Below, piece by piece: positions 18,914 through 28,652 of a stretch of DNA of 64,000 nt. The DNA comes from Vulcanimicrobiota bacterium (GTDB taxonomy: Bacteria > Vulcanimicrobiota > Vulcanimicrobiia > Vulcanimicrobiales > Vulcanimicrobiaceae): contig CAVTCS010000003.1 of the NCBI GenBank assembly GCA_963733295.1, forward strand, positions 2,304,001 to 2,368,000, in the 5' to 3' direction. How positions within the stretch are numbered: position 1 is the stretch's first letter; each line of letters opens with the position of its first letter. Both the position numbers and the translations under genes were made by a program. Under the pieces are notes generated by a model. That model made no database searches, was not told the origin of the DNA, and worked only from the letters and a program-made list of their open reading frames with translations.

Positions 18914-19804
18914 ATGAATCGCGCGCATTTCATCGCGGCCGGAGCCGGGCTCGCCTTGTGGACGGGCGCCGGTACAACCGGCGCATCCGCCACTTCCCAG
19001 AAACGCTCGCTTTGGGTTTGGCAAACCCCGCTCGACCAAGCCTCCGAGGTCGCGGCGTTCGCCTCGCGCAACGATTTCGCTCTCGTCTTTCTCTCCGTGG
19101 TGGCCACGGAACGAAGTGCGCTCGAAGCCGGCGCCGCGAAGTCGTTGGACGCGTTGCGCGCGCTCAAGAGCTTAAATCTCACGCTCTACGGCGTCGCCGG
19201 CGACCCTTCGTGGGTGAAGCACAAGCGCAGCGGGCCGCCGCAGAGCGTCGTCAAGCTCCTCGCAGCGCATCGTTCGTACGGGATTTTCGATGGAATCGCA
19301 CTCGATCTCGAGCCGCACACCTTGCCCGAATGGAAAGACGACAGCGAGAAAGCCGGCCTAGCCGAGAACTATCTCGACGTCTTACGGCTCGTGCGCTCCG
19401 CGGCAGCGCGAGAGGATCTCCCCTTGCTGGCGACCGTCCATCCCACGTACGCGAAGTACTCGCCGCCCTCGAGCAAAGGAGAAACGCTGCTGCAAAGTGC
19501 GGCGCGCGCCGTCGACGCGACCGATTTGATGGCTTATCGCAACGCGGAGAATACGCTGGAGAGTTTCGGAGGCTTGGCGATGGAGCAACTTGCGGGCGTG
19601 GCTCGCTCCTGGTGGTTGGGCGTAAGCACTCACGTAAAATCACCGCCAGGCACGTCGTACGCAACCGTGCCCGCGGCGCGCTTCTTCCCCGATATCGACG
19701 CGACGGCCGCCGCCCTCGAAAAGCGCTACGGCCGCAGCTTCGCGGGCATTTCGGTCGAGGACTATCGCAACAGCGTCGCCCTGCTCGGCAAGAACTCCGG
19801 CTAA
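18914..19804 (+). CDS. exported hypothetical protein, putative glycoside-hydrolase-like TIM barrel
   Basis: Tat-like leader; LWVW, FDGIALDLEPH, LMAYRN. Confidence 0.7.
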   Translation: MNRAHFIAAGAGLALWTGAGTTGASATSQKRSLWVWQTPLDQASEVAAFASRNDFALVFLSVVATERSALEAGAAKSLDALRALKSLNLTLYGVAGDPSWVKHKRSGPPQSVVKLLAAHRSYGIFDGIALDLEPHTLPEWKDDSEKAGLAENYLDVLRLVRSAAAREDLPLLATVHPTYAKYSPPSSKGETLLQSAARAVDATDLMAYRNAENTLESFGGLAMEQLAGVARSWWLGVSTHVKSPPGTSYATVPAARFFPDIDATAAALEKRYGRSFAGISVEDYRNSVALLGKNSG

Positions 19805-19815
19805 GTCGTCCGAGT

Positions 19816-20292
19816 TTACGTCGGCTGCGAAGAAGGGGCCGGTATCTGCGGAGGCGCGATGATGGGCCGGCGCAACATCACGTTCGTGACGCCTGCAGCG
19901 CGGGCGATTTGGGAAGTCAGGGAGGCGAGCGTTTTCTCGAGATCCCCCACCGCACAAGTTAGATCCGGCGTGCTCGCTCCGTTGTACCTGACTCGCACCG
20001 AATATCCGAACGACGCGCTCTTCATACAACGGGCCAAAGGCAAGGCTGCGAACGGCTCGGCAGCATCCAGCGCTGCGAAGAATCGATTCACGAGGTCGGG
20101 CGGAAGACTAGCGGACCGCGGTCCCTTACCATCTTGCGCATCGACGAGCGCGGAACCTGAGCGGCCGACCTGGACCGCGTACCCGCGCGTGTTCGTCGAG
20201 CCGGAGTTGACGATGTCGGCTTGACCTTGGACGTCGGGCGGCGGAGAAGCCGCCGACGCGACAAATGCCATCAGCGCGATCCATTTCGTCAT
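19816..20292 (-). CDS. secreted hypothetical protein
   Basis: Signal-like N-terminus; NSGSTNTRGY, CMKSASFG, TPDLTC. Confidence 0.7.
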   Translation of the reverse strand: MTKWIALMAFVASAASPPPDVQGQADIVNSGSTNTRGYAVQVGRSGSALVDAQDGKGPRSASLPPDLVNRFFAALDAAEPFAALPLARCMKSASFGYSVRVRYNGASTPDLTCAVGDLEKTLASLTSQIARAAGVTNVMLRRPIIAPPQIPAPSSQPT

Positions 20293-20336
20293 GTCAATCC
20301 CAACGAATCGATCTCTTCCGAAGTTGTGCGATAGCG

Positions 20337-21986
20337 TTAACGCCGCGTGAGTTTTCCGCGGACCCGCTTTCCTTTTTTCACCGGAGGCTTCGGGCGACGG
20401 GTCGGGGCGCCGGATCCTTTCAGCAACGCCGCGACGGCCGGACCGTCGGGGCTTCCGAGTCCCGTGCACGCATCCCAACCCGAAGAGGCGGAGAAACTGC
20501 CGTTATTCCCGGTGAGGATATCGTTCAAGGCCGACGGCTTCGCGTACAACTGCGGATTGATGTACCCGGCGGGGATTCCGTCGATACTGTTGATCCGCGC
20601 AATGAGTCCGGCCCAGAGCGGAGCCACGGCACTCGTTCCGCCGAAAACCGAGCTGTCTCCGTCGACCAGCACGTCGTACCCGGTGTCGGGATCGGCATCG
20701 CCGCATACGTCCGGAACGCCCCGCATGCCGAGCGGAGTCTTCTTTGCGCCACTGGTCGTGCTCAGTCCGGCTTGCCAGGTCGGAAGCGAAAAGAAACTGC
20801 TGACGCCGCCCCCGGTCGAACCGCCGTTCGCCCCGTCGTTCCAAACCGTTTCCGAGGTGATCTTTCCCGCCGCCGACTGCAGGTTCGTGCCTCCGCAACC
20901 CAATGCGTAAGGGCTTGAGGCCGGAAAATCGACGTGGTTGCTTCCGTCGGTTACGCCATCGGAAGAACCGTTGTCGCCCGAGGCGATACACACCGTGATG
21001 CCGAGCGTCGCGGCCGACTGGAAGGCCTCATCGAACGCCGTCATAGCCTGCGCCGTCCACGAAGACTCGGGACCCCCCCAGCTGATCGAGATGACCGACG
21101 GCTTGTTCACGGTGTCGTGGATAGCGCTCGTCACGGCGTCGAGAAAACCGGCATCGGTGTTCGGAGCGAAGTAGACGACGATGCCGGCGTCGGGAGCGAT
21201 CGCGCCCGCGATTTCGATGTCGAGCATGACCTCGCCGTCCGGACCATCCGCGCTTCCGGTCGGCTTGTTCGTTCCGTGATCGACGGAGACGGCGGTCACC
21301 GTCGGGAGATCGACCTTGAGTTGCGCAAAGTACGTCTGCAAGTCGGCGGGGCGATAGCCTCCGCCCAACTCGACGATGCCGATCGTCTGACCTTTGCCGC
21401 CGCCCGCCGGAAAATCGTACAGCGTAGCAACTTGCGTGGGCGGATACGATACGTCTGCTGCCGCGGCCGAGTTCCAAATGACGTTGCCGCGCGGCGCGCA
21501 TATCCGAAAGTGCGGCTTCGCCTGCGGCCGGTTATCGAGCCCGAGAACAGCCACGACGATCCCCGCAAGTTCCTTCGGCAAGTAGATCGGTCCGGTTCGA
21601 CCGCGGTACGTTCCATTGTCGTGATCGAACATTTGGAGATCGATTCCGAACGTGGCCTCGAACTGCGCGACGGTTCCCGATAGAATGACGATGCGCCGGT
21701 CGGATGCTTCTCGCACGACCGCTAACTTCGAGCGTGTGGCGAAGGCACGGACGGCGGCCATGTCGGCGGAATCTGCGCCGTATTGCGCCGCGAAGTCTCC
21801 GTGCGCGACGCGTTTCGAAGTGTCGCCCGCACCTGCCGCAGCGACGCAAGCGGCAAACGCGCCGGGCGAGCGGCGACGCAAGACGAGCGTGACTTCAAGA
21901 CGCTCGTTCGGGTTCGCTTTTCCGACGGCTCGAGCTCCGGGGAGCACCTGACGGACGCTGCCGGGCAGCGCTTTACGATTTGGCAT
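20337..21986 (-). CDS. S53 family serine-carboxyl peptidase (kumamolisin/sedolisin) with pro-domain
   Basis: EVMLDIE (Glu/Asp), SISWG, ASGD oxyanion Asp, GGTSAVAP (Ser), GWDACTGLGSP. Confidence 0.95.
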   Translation of the reverse strand: MPNRKALPGSVRQVLPGARAVGKANPNERLEVTLVLRRRSPGAFAACVAAAGAGDTSKRVAHGDFAAQYGADSADMAAVRAFATRSKLAVVREASDRRIVILSGTVAQFEATFGIDLQMFDHDNGTYRGRTGPIYLPKELAGIVVAVLGLDNRPQAKPHFRICAPRGNVIWNSAAAADVSYPPTQVATLYDFPAGGGKGQTIGIVELGGGYRPADLQTYFAQLKVDLPTVTAVSVDHGTNKPTGSADGPDGEVMLDIEIAGAIAPDAGIVVYFAPNTDAGFLDAVTSAIHDTVNKPSVISISWGGPESSWTAQAMTAFDEAFQSAATLGITVCIASGDNGSSDGVTDGSNHVDFPASSPYALGCGGTNLQSAAGKITSETVWNDGANGGSTGGGVSSFFSLPTWQAGLSTTSGAKKTPLGMRGVPDVCGDADPDTGYDVLVDGDSSVFGGTSAVAPLWAGLIARINSIDGIPAGYINPQLYAKPSALNDILTGNNGSFSASSGWDACTGLGSPDGPAVAALLKGSGAPTRRPKPPVKKGKRVRGKLTRR

Positions 21987-22154
21987 AACGACTAGAGAGT
22001 AGTCCGCTTGCGCGAATCGAGCAAGACTCAGGCGCTTTTGCGCCGCGCTCGACCATGACAAACCGAGGCCTCGCTTCCTGGCCCGGCCGCAAACGAGCGC
22101 AGGGCATGGCTGGATCCACGTCGTCGCGTGCTTCGACCCTGGCGATTACCGTCC

Positions 22155-22706
22155 TTACGGCTTCGCCAACTCGCGCTCGATCGCAGCCAGTAGCAGCGGA
22201 TCGTCGGGAGCGACGTCCGGCGCAAAACGCGCCACGACCTTCCCGTCGCGGCCGAGCAAGAACTTCTCGAAGTTCCAAAGGACGTCCGACGGACCGTCCT
22301 GACGGATACCGTGGGCGGCAAGTTTCGCGCCGAATTCGCTCCCTGGTTTCGCCGTTGCCGACGGTTGCGCGAGAGTCAGTGCACGGTAGAGCGGGTGCTG
22401 GTCGAAACCTTTCACGGAGATCTTCGCAAACATTGGAAACTGCACGCCGTAGCTCGTCGAACAGAACGTCGCGATCTCGCCATTCGTGCCCGGTTCCTGA
22501 GCACCGAAGTCGTTGGCCGGGAACCCGGCCACCACGAGCCCGCGCTCGCGCTCGGATTCGTAGAGCTTCTCGAGGGCGGCATACTGCGGCGTAAGACCGC
22601 ACTCGGACGCGACGTTCACCACCAGCAAAACCTTGCCGGCAAATTCGTGCAGCGAAGAGGGCGAGCCATCGATGCGCTCGACGGGAATCTCAAAGATCGT
22701 GCTCAT
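22155..22706 (-). CDS. glutathione peroxidase (BtuE/Gpx)
   Basis: VNVASECGLTPQY, GFPANDF, WNFEKFL. Confidence 0.95.
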   Translation of the reverse strand: MSTIFEIPVERIDGSPSSLHEFAGKVLLVVNVASECGLTPQYAALEKLYESERERGLVVAGFPANDFGAQEPGTNGEIATFCSTSYGVQFPMFAKISVKGFDQHPLYRALTLAQPSATAKPGSEFGAKLAAHGIRQDGPSDVLWNFEKFLLGRDGKVVARFAPDVAPDDPLLLAAIERELAKP

Positions 22707-22777
22707 AGCGGCCGGCTTCCGCCCCCTCGTACGAACTCCCGCGCGGACTCGCGGACGCATACGGCGTAAGCATCCGA

Positions 22778-23572
22778 ATGAACCTCTTGGACGAGCTCGA
22801 AGCCCGCTCGATCTCGATTCTCCGGGAAGCTTATTTCCGGGTGACGCCGCTCGCGATGCTGTGGTCGATGGGGAAGGACAGTACGGCGCTGCTCTGGCTC
22901 GTCCGCAAAGCCTTCTTCGGAACGGTACCTTTCCGCGTCGTCCTGCTCGACACCGAGATGGAATTACCGGAAGTGTACGCGTTCCGGGATCGCATCGCGC
23001 GCGAGTGGGGTCTCGACCTTCACAACGAACTGTGTCCGCCCGAAGCGTCGATCGACCCCAGCCTTCCGCCGGCCGCGCGCGCCGCCGCGCGAAAAAGCGC
23101 CGGCCTGCGGGCGCTGATCGAGCGCGAAAAGTATCGCGGCATCCTCGTGGGCATCCGGCGCGACGAGCAAGCGACGCGCGCCAAGGAACGCGTCTTCTCG
23201 CCCCGCGGCGCCGACGGCGCCTGGGACGTCAAACGGCAACCGCCCGAATTATGGGACGTTTACCATACCGGAATCGCGGACGGTCAGCACCTGCGCATTC
23301 ATCCGCTTTTGCATTGGACCGAGCTCGACGTGTGGCGCTATACCGAGCGCGAGAACATCCCGTTCGTGCCATTGTATTTAGCACGTGAGGGCCGGCGCTA
23401 CCGTTCGCTCGGTGAGAAAAACATCACCGTTCCGATCGCCTCGCATGCCGCCTCGCTCGCCGAGATCATCGCCGAACTCGAGACCAGCACCACGCCCGAA
23501 CGTGCCGGCCGGACGATGGACCACGAAAGGGAAGATGCGTTCGAGCGCTTACGCGCGGGCGGTTACATGTGA
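22778..23572 (+). CDS. cysD: sulfate adenylyltransferase subunit 2
   Basis: SISILREA, WSMGKDS, GIRRDE, RAKERVFSPR, RIHPL, RYRSLG, GYM end. Confidence 0.93.
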   Translation: MNLLDELEARSISILREAYFRVTPLAMLWSMGKDSTALLWLVRKAFFGTVPFRVVLLDTEMELPEVYAFRDRIAREWGLDLHNELCPPEASIDPSLPPAARAAARKSAGLRALIEREKYRGILVGIRRDEQATRAKERVFSPRGADGAWDVKRQPPELWDVYHTGIADGQHLRIHPLLHWTELDVWRYTERENIPFVPLYLAREGRRYRSLGEKNITVPIASHAASLAEIIAELETSTTPERAGRTMDHEREDAFERLRAGGYM

Positions 23573-25425
23573 TCGCTGCGAACAAAGGGACGTTGACGCA
23601 AATTAGCGTCGTCGCGGTCGGGCACGTCGACCACGGAAAGTCCACTCTGATCGGTCGACTCCTCAACGACACCGAAAACCTGCCGGCCCAGCGTCTCGAC
23701 GAGATGCGCTCGGCGAGCGAGCGGCGCGGCGTCGCTTTCGAGTGGTCGTTCGTTCTCGATTCGTTGCAGAGCGAACGCGATCAGGCCGTAACGATCGACA
23801 CGACGCGCATTTGGCTGCGGCTGCCCGGACGCGACCTCGTGCTGATCGACGCGCCGGGTCACAAGGAATTTTTGCGCAACATGGTGACCGGTGCGTCGGA
23901 TGCCGATGCGGCCCTCCTGGTCGTAGACGCGCACGAAGGCGTCAGCGAGCAAACGCGCCGCCACGCGCTGCTGCTCGAGCTCATCGGCGTGCGGCAGGCA
24001 ATTGTCGCAATCAACAAGATGGACCTCATCGATTACGCGGAGGAACGCTATCGGCACATCGTCGCTGAGGTACGCGGCCTTCTCGAGCGCATCGGAATCG
24101 AACCGACCGCGTACGTGCCGGTCTCGGCGCGCGAGGGTGACAACGTCGCTCGCGCCTCCAAGGCGATGCCCTGGTACGACGGTCCGACGATCCTCGAGGC
24201 GCTGCTCGCGCTTCCGGGACGCGCGCCTTCGACGCAAGCCGGCCTGCGCATTGCGGTGCAAGGCGTCTTGCGGCGCGATCGCGAGCGAATCGTCGTCGGA
24301 CGGATCGAATCCGGCTCCATCGCGCCGGGAGACGAGATTCTCATTTCGCCCGGCCGGCGCAGCGCGCGCGTCCGCACGATCGAATCCTGGCCGCCGGACG
24401 CGACGACCCGGGCGGACGCCGGAGCCTCCGTCGGCTTTACGCTCGACGGTCAGGTCTTCGTCGATCGAGGCGACGTCGTCAGCGATCCACAGCACGCGCC
24501 CACGCTCGCAACCGAAATCCGGGCGCGCTTCTTGTGGTTGGGCAGCGATGTTCTACGGCCCGGCCGGCGACTCACGCTGCGCTTCGGTACGCGGAGCGCG
24601 AACGTCGAGGTCGCGCGGCTCGAGCGAGTCATCGGAATCGATGCCCTGGAAGACCAAAAACCTGGTTTCGCTCGCGCAAACGACGTCGTCGAGGCCGTGC
24701 TCAAAAGCCGCGACGTCTTGGCAGTGGACGACATCGCCGTGCACCCCGCTCTCGCGCGCTTTATCCTTGTCGACGGACTCGACATCGTCGGCGGCGGCAC
24801 GATTCTCGCCGCTCTGGATTCGGCGCCGAGCAGCGATCGGCGGGATCTCGTTCCGTCGGGTCACCTGCTCGATCCCGGCGCCCGCGCGTGGCGCAACGGA
24901 CATCGCGGGGCCGTCATCTGGCTGACGGGCCTGCCCGCGTCGGGCAAGTCCACGCTTGCGATGCACGTCGAGCGCAGACTGTTCGAGCGCGGCTTCAACG
25001 CCTACGTGCTCGACGGCGACAACGTCCGTACCGGTCTCTGCAACGATCTCGGCTTTTCCCCCGACGACCGGCGCGAAAACATCCGCCGCGTCGGTGAAGT
25101 GGCCGCGCTCTTTGCGGACTCAGGCACGATCGCCATCGCTGCTTTCATCTCTCCGTACCGCAGCGATCGCGAGCGCGCGCGTCACGCCGCCGCCGGCACC
25201 TTTCACGAGATCTACGTCAAGGCCGATGCGGCGCTGTGTGAAGCGCGCGATCCAAAAGGTCACTACCGGCAAGCAAGAGCCGGCAAATTGCCGGACTTTA
25301 CCGGCATCACCGGCGACTACGAACCTCCGCTCCAACCGGACCTCGTCGTCGACACCGCAGACCTGTCCGTTTCCGATGCGACGGAGCGGTTGTTCCATTA
25401 CGTCGAAGCGGCCGTAACGCTCTAG
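23569..25425 (+). CDS. cysNC: bifunctional sulfate adenylyltransferase subunit 1 / APS kinase
   Basis: GHVDHGKST, DAPGH, NKMD GTPase domain; WLTGLPASGKST, LDGDNVR, ISPY, RDPKG kinase domain. Confidence 0.95.
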   Translation: MIAANKGTLTQISVVAVGHVDHGKSTLIGRLLNDTENLPAQRLDEMRSASERRGVAFEWSFVLDSLQSERDQAVTIDTTRIWLRLPGRDLVLIDAPGHKEFLRNMVTGASDADAALLVVDAHEGVSEQTRRHALLLELIGVRQAIVAINKMDLIDYAEERYRHIVAEVRGLLERIGIEPTAYVPVSAREGDNVARASKAMPWYDGPTILEALLALPGRAPSTQAGLRIAVQGVLRRDRERIVVGRIESGSIAPGDEILISPGRRSARVRTIESWPPDATTRADAGASVGFTLDGQVFVDRGDVVSDPQHAPTLATEIRARFLWLGSDVLRPGRRLTLRFGTRSANVEVARLERVIGIDALEDQKPGFARANDVVEAVLKSRDVLAVDDIAVHPALARFILVDGLDIVGGGTILAALDSAPSSDRRDLVPSGHLLDPGARAWRNGHRGAVIWLTGLPASGKSTLAMHVERRLFERGFNAYVLDGDNVRTGLCNDLGFSPDDRRENIRRVGEVAALFADSGTIAIAAFISPYRSDRERARHAAAGTFHEIYVKADAALCEARDPKGHYRQARAGKLPDFTGITGDYEPPLQPDLVVDTADLSVSDATERLFHYVEAAVTL

Positions 25426-25464
25426 ACAGGAGGCGAAGGTGGGCGCCGGAGGAACCCCGAGCAA

Positions 25465-26796
25465 ATGATCGATCAGGCGATCGAGTACGAGCACGAGGAA
25501 GTCGAACGGCTCGAACGCTCGCAACTCGAAGCGCTGCAGCGTCGTAAGCTCGCAGCGCTCGGCGAGCGCCTCGCGCGCTCGCCCGAGTGGCAGACGCACT
25601 TTGCAAGTGCCGGCGTCGACCCGGCACGGCTGGGCGAGATGGAACGCTTTCGTGCTTTACCGATGCTCGAGAAGACCGACCTGCGCTCGCGCTACCCGTT
25701 CCCGTTCTTGACTGCTCCGATGGAAGAGGTCGCGCGCTTCGTCGCAACCTCCGGAACGACGGGACTTCCCGTGATGTTCGGCTTCACGCGACGGGATGCG
25801 ACCGAGCTTCTGCCGCGCCAAATGGCACGCATCTTCCGGTGCACCGGAATCCGGCCGGGCGATCGAGTCTATCAAGGCTACGGGTACGGTTTGTGGATCG
25901 GCGGCGTCGCGATGGACCTCGCGCTGCTCCCGTACCGCGCGACCAACTTCGGAATCGGCCCCGGTCGCGCCGAAACGGTCATCGAGTGGCTGCGCGATCA
26001 CGAATACGTCGCCTGCACGATGTCGCCGCTCTGGCTCATGACGCTGATCAACCTCGCCCACAGTCGCGGGATCGAACCCAAACGCGACTGGAAACTGCGC
26101 GTCGGCTTGTTCGGCGGTCAGTCCGTCTCAGCGGTTTTCCGGGACGAACTCGAAGCGGCGATGCCGGACGGCTTCGTCGCGCACAACATTTACGGCACGA
26201 CCGAGTCCGGTGGTCCGAACCTCGGCATCTCGTGCCCCTACTCGCACGATCCGGATCTCTTGCACTTGATCAACGAAGACACGATCCTCACCGAGCTCGT
26301 TAACCCTCAGACGCTCGAGCCGGTCGCTCCGGGCGAGGTCGGCGAGATCGTGATCACGACGCTCGACAAAGAAGCCTCGCCCGTCGTGCGCTGGCGCACG
26401 CGCGACCTCGTGCGCCTCGCGGATGAGCCCTACGCTTGTCGTTGCGGCCGGCGTGGGTTGCCCCTGATCGGGCGCATCATCGGCCGTTCCGACGACATGC
26501 TGAAGGTCCGCGGAGTCATGGTCTTTCCGTCCCAAGTCGAAGACGTCATCGCCGCGCACGAAGACACGGTAAAAGAAGCGTGGCAGATCTACGTCGACCG
26601 GCACGACCGCGTGCTCGACGAAGCGGTCGTCGCGATCGAACGGCGCAGCAGCGCCCGGAAAACCTCGGATGCGCTCGCGCACGACATCGAGCGCGCGCTC
26701 GAAGCCCGGCTCGGCATCCGAATGCGAGTCGAGGTCTCCGAGGAAGGTCAGCTGCCGCGTTACGAAGCGAAAGCGGTCCGCGTCATCGTGCGCTAG
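25465..26796 (+). CDS. phenylacetate-CoA ligase family adenylate-forming enzyme
   Basis: TSGTTG, YGTTE, GEIVITTL, RWRTRD, GRSDDMLKVRGV. Confidence 0.9.
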   Translation: MIDQAIEYEHEEVERLERSQLEALQRRKLAALGERLARSPEWQTHFASAGVDPARLGEMERFRALPMLEKTDLRSRYPFPFLTAPMEEVARFVATSGTTGLPVMFGFTRRDATELLPRQMARIFRCTGIRPGDRVYQGYGYGLWIGGVAMDLALLPYRATNFGIGPGRAETVIEWLRDHEYVACTMSPLWLMTLINLAHSRGIEPKRDWKLRVGLFGGQSVSAVFRDELEAAMPDGFVAHNIYGTTESGGPNLGISCPYSHDPDLLHLINEDTILTELVNPQTLEPVAPGEVGEIVITTLDKEASPVVRWRTRDLVRLADEPYACRCGRRGLPLIGRIIGRSDDMLKVRGVMVFPSQVEDVIAAHEDTVKEAWQIYVDRHDRVLDEAVVAIERRSSARKTSDALAHDIERALEARLGIRMRVEVSEEGQLPRYEAKAVRVIVR

Positions 26797-26798
26797 CT

Positions 26799-27443
26799 TT
26801 GCCGCAGCCCGCAACGGTCTCAGCTAAGTTGCCCCGGACGGAGGTTCGCGTCAGCGGCCGGCGCGCCGGCCAGCGTTTTGACGCGCAATATGGAGTGACG
26901 ACCGAAGCGCTCGTCTTCCTCGGTTCGCTCGACCCCGAAGCGATCGGACCGTGCGTCGTCGACGCGACGCACTACGAAGCGACCCCGGTCGGCGACCTCG
27001 CGACGTTGTTGGCCGCGACGCCGATTCCGCTCGAGCGTGCCAGCTTCGTCGACCTCGGTTCAGGAATGGGACGCGTGCTCTTCCTAGCCTCCGCCTACCC
27101 GTTCCGACAAGTGATCGGCGTAGAGATCTCGCCGGCCTTGCACCAGATCGCGCGCGACAATCTCTCCGCCTGGAAGGGACGAAGCCGCTGTCGCGACATT
27201 CGGCTCGTGCGCGCGAACGCGGCGACTTGCGCGCTGCCGCCGGGCGCACTGATCGTCTATCTCTACAACCCGTTTCGCGGCGCGGTCCTCGAAGCCGTCG
27301 TCGAACGGCTCGCCCGGCGTTCTCACGAAACGGTCGTTCTCTACCACACGCCGGTCGAGCGCCGAGCATTCGATGAGAGCGGCGCGTTCGAACAAATCGC
27401 CGAGACTCCGCGCGGCCTCGTCTACCGGCGAAAGCTCGCGTGA
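26799..27443 (+). CDS. class I SAM-dependent methyltransferase
   Basis: FVDLGSGMGR, GVEIS, YLYNPF; start codon uncertain. Confidence 0.85.
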   Translation: MPQPATVSAKLPRTEVRVSGRRAGQRFDAQYGVTTEALVFLGSLDPEAIGPCVVDATHYEATPVGDLATLLAATPIPLERASFVDLGSGMGRVLFLASAYPFRQVIGVEISPALHQIARDNLSAWKGRSRCRDIRLVRANAATCALPPGALIVYLYNPFRGAVLEAVVERLARRSHETVVLYHTPVERRAFDESGAFEQIAETPRGLVYRRKLA

Positions 27444-28081
27444 ACGCCGCGTTCTCGCCGGACGCGTTCCCGGTACTGCAGGGTCGACACGTCCGGCTCG
27501 AGCCGCTCGAAACGCGTCACGTCGACGGGCTGATAGCTGCGGCCGCCGGCGACGCCGCTCTCTACCGCTGGAGTCCGGTTCCCCTCGGGAAGGACGAAGC
27601 CGCGCGCTATGTCGAGACGGCCCTCGCGTGGAGAGCCGCGGGCAGCGCCGTTCCTTTCGCCACGGTTCGTGCGGCCGACGGCGCCGTCATCGGTTCGACG
27701 CGCTTCTTCAACCTCGAGCGCTGGCCGTGGCCGGAGGACGACGTTTCCGCGAAGTCGCGAAGCTTCGATGCATGCGAAATCGGTTACACGTGGCTGACCG
27801 GCGCCGCGATTCGAACGGCGGCTAATACCGAGGCGAAATTGCTCATGCTGACGCATGCGTTCGAAGTCTGGCACGTCTGGCGCGTCTGTTTTCACAGCGA
27901 CGTCCGCAACGAACGCTCGCGCGCCGCCATCGAACGTATCGGCGGCCGTTTCGAGGGAATTTTGCGAGCGCATCGTTTGGCCGCGGACTGCACGCCCCGC
28001 GACTCGGCGCGCTATTCAATCCTGGCTGAGGAATGGGCCGCTCAGAAACGGCGGCTTCTCGAACAAACGAACCGGATCTGA
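27440..28081 (+). CDS. GNAT N-acetyltransferase (RimJ/RimL type)
   Basis: VRLEPL, GSTRF, EIGYTW, NTEAKLLML, NERSRAAIERIG, EGILR. Confidence 0.9.
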   Translation: MNAAFSPDAFPVLQGRHVRLEPLETRHVDGLIAAAAGDAALYRWSPVPLGKDEAARYVETALAWRAAGSAVPFATVRAADGAVIGSTRFFNLERWPWPEDDVSAKSRSFDACEIGYTWLTGAAIRTAANTEAKLLMLTHAFEVWHVWRVCFHSDVRNERSRAAIERIGGRFEGILRAHRLAADCTPRDSARYSILAEEWAAQKRRLLEQTNRI

Positions 28082-28082
28082 T

Positions 28083-28652
28083 TCAGCGATTGCGGCGCAG
28101 GTTTGCGAGCGCGCCTTGCCCCGTGGCGGCGCGCTCGTAGTGCTCGCGATCGGCGTCGGTCCAGTAGTCGCGTAGAAAATCGAAGAACGTTGCGGCGCGA
28201 CGCAGATCGCCGTTGTAGAATTCGCGCACGGCAAGCTCGCGGCAGTGTTTGACGAGGATCGCTTCGCGGTAGCGTCGCCGGAATTCGCTTACTTCGCCAC
28301 GCAAGAAGTCGTCGCAGTGGTCGACGAGCAATTTCGCGAGGCGAGCCATTTCGCCGGTAACGGCCGCGCGGCCACGCACCTCTTCGCGCCGGCCCGCATC
28401 GGGAAGGCTGAGCGCCAGGATCTCGTTCAGCAAGTGCGAGTCGTCGCGGCTCTTTTGTTCCAGCGTTACGTCGACCGTGGAGTCGCGCAACATGTCGTAC
28501 GTGACGATCACCGCGCGCTCGGGCGCACGATACCAGGCTCCGGAAGGAATCTCCGTCGTCTGAGTCAGCGAAAATCCGTACGACTCGACGAGAAACCCGA
28601 AGTGTTCCTCGATGAGTGGCAACACGTTTGCGCCGAGCTCGCCCTCTTCCAT
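28083..28652 (-). CDS. hypothetical protein (189 aa)
   Basis: Clean ORF preceded by TGGTAAAAT extended -10-like element; no motif recognised. Confidence 0.7.
   Translation of the reverse strand: MEEGELGANVLPLIEEHFGFLVESYGFSLTQTTEIPSGAWYRAPERAVIVTYDMLRDSTVDVTLEQKSRDDSHLLNEILALSLPDAGRREEVRGRAAVTGEMARLAKLLVDHCDDFLRGEVSEFRRRYREAILVKHCRELAVREFYNGDLRRAATFFDFLRDYWTDADREHYERAATGQGALANLRRNR

Noticed and set aside
22590..22620. Selenocysteine in glutathione peroxidase
   Set aside because: The active-site codon is TGC (Cys); there is no in-frame TGA
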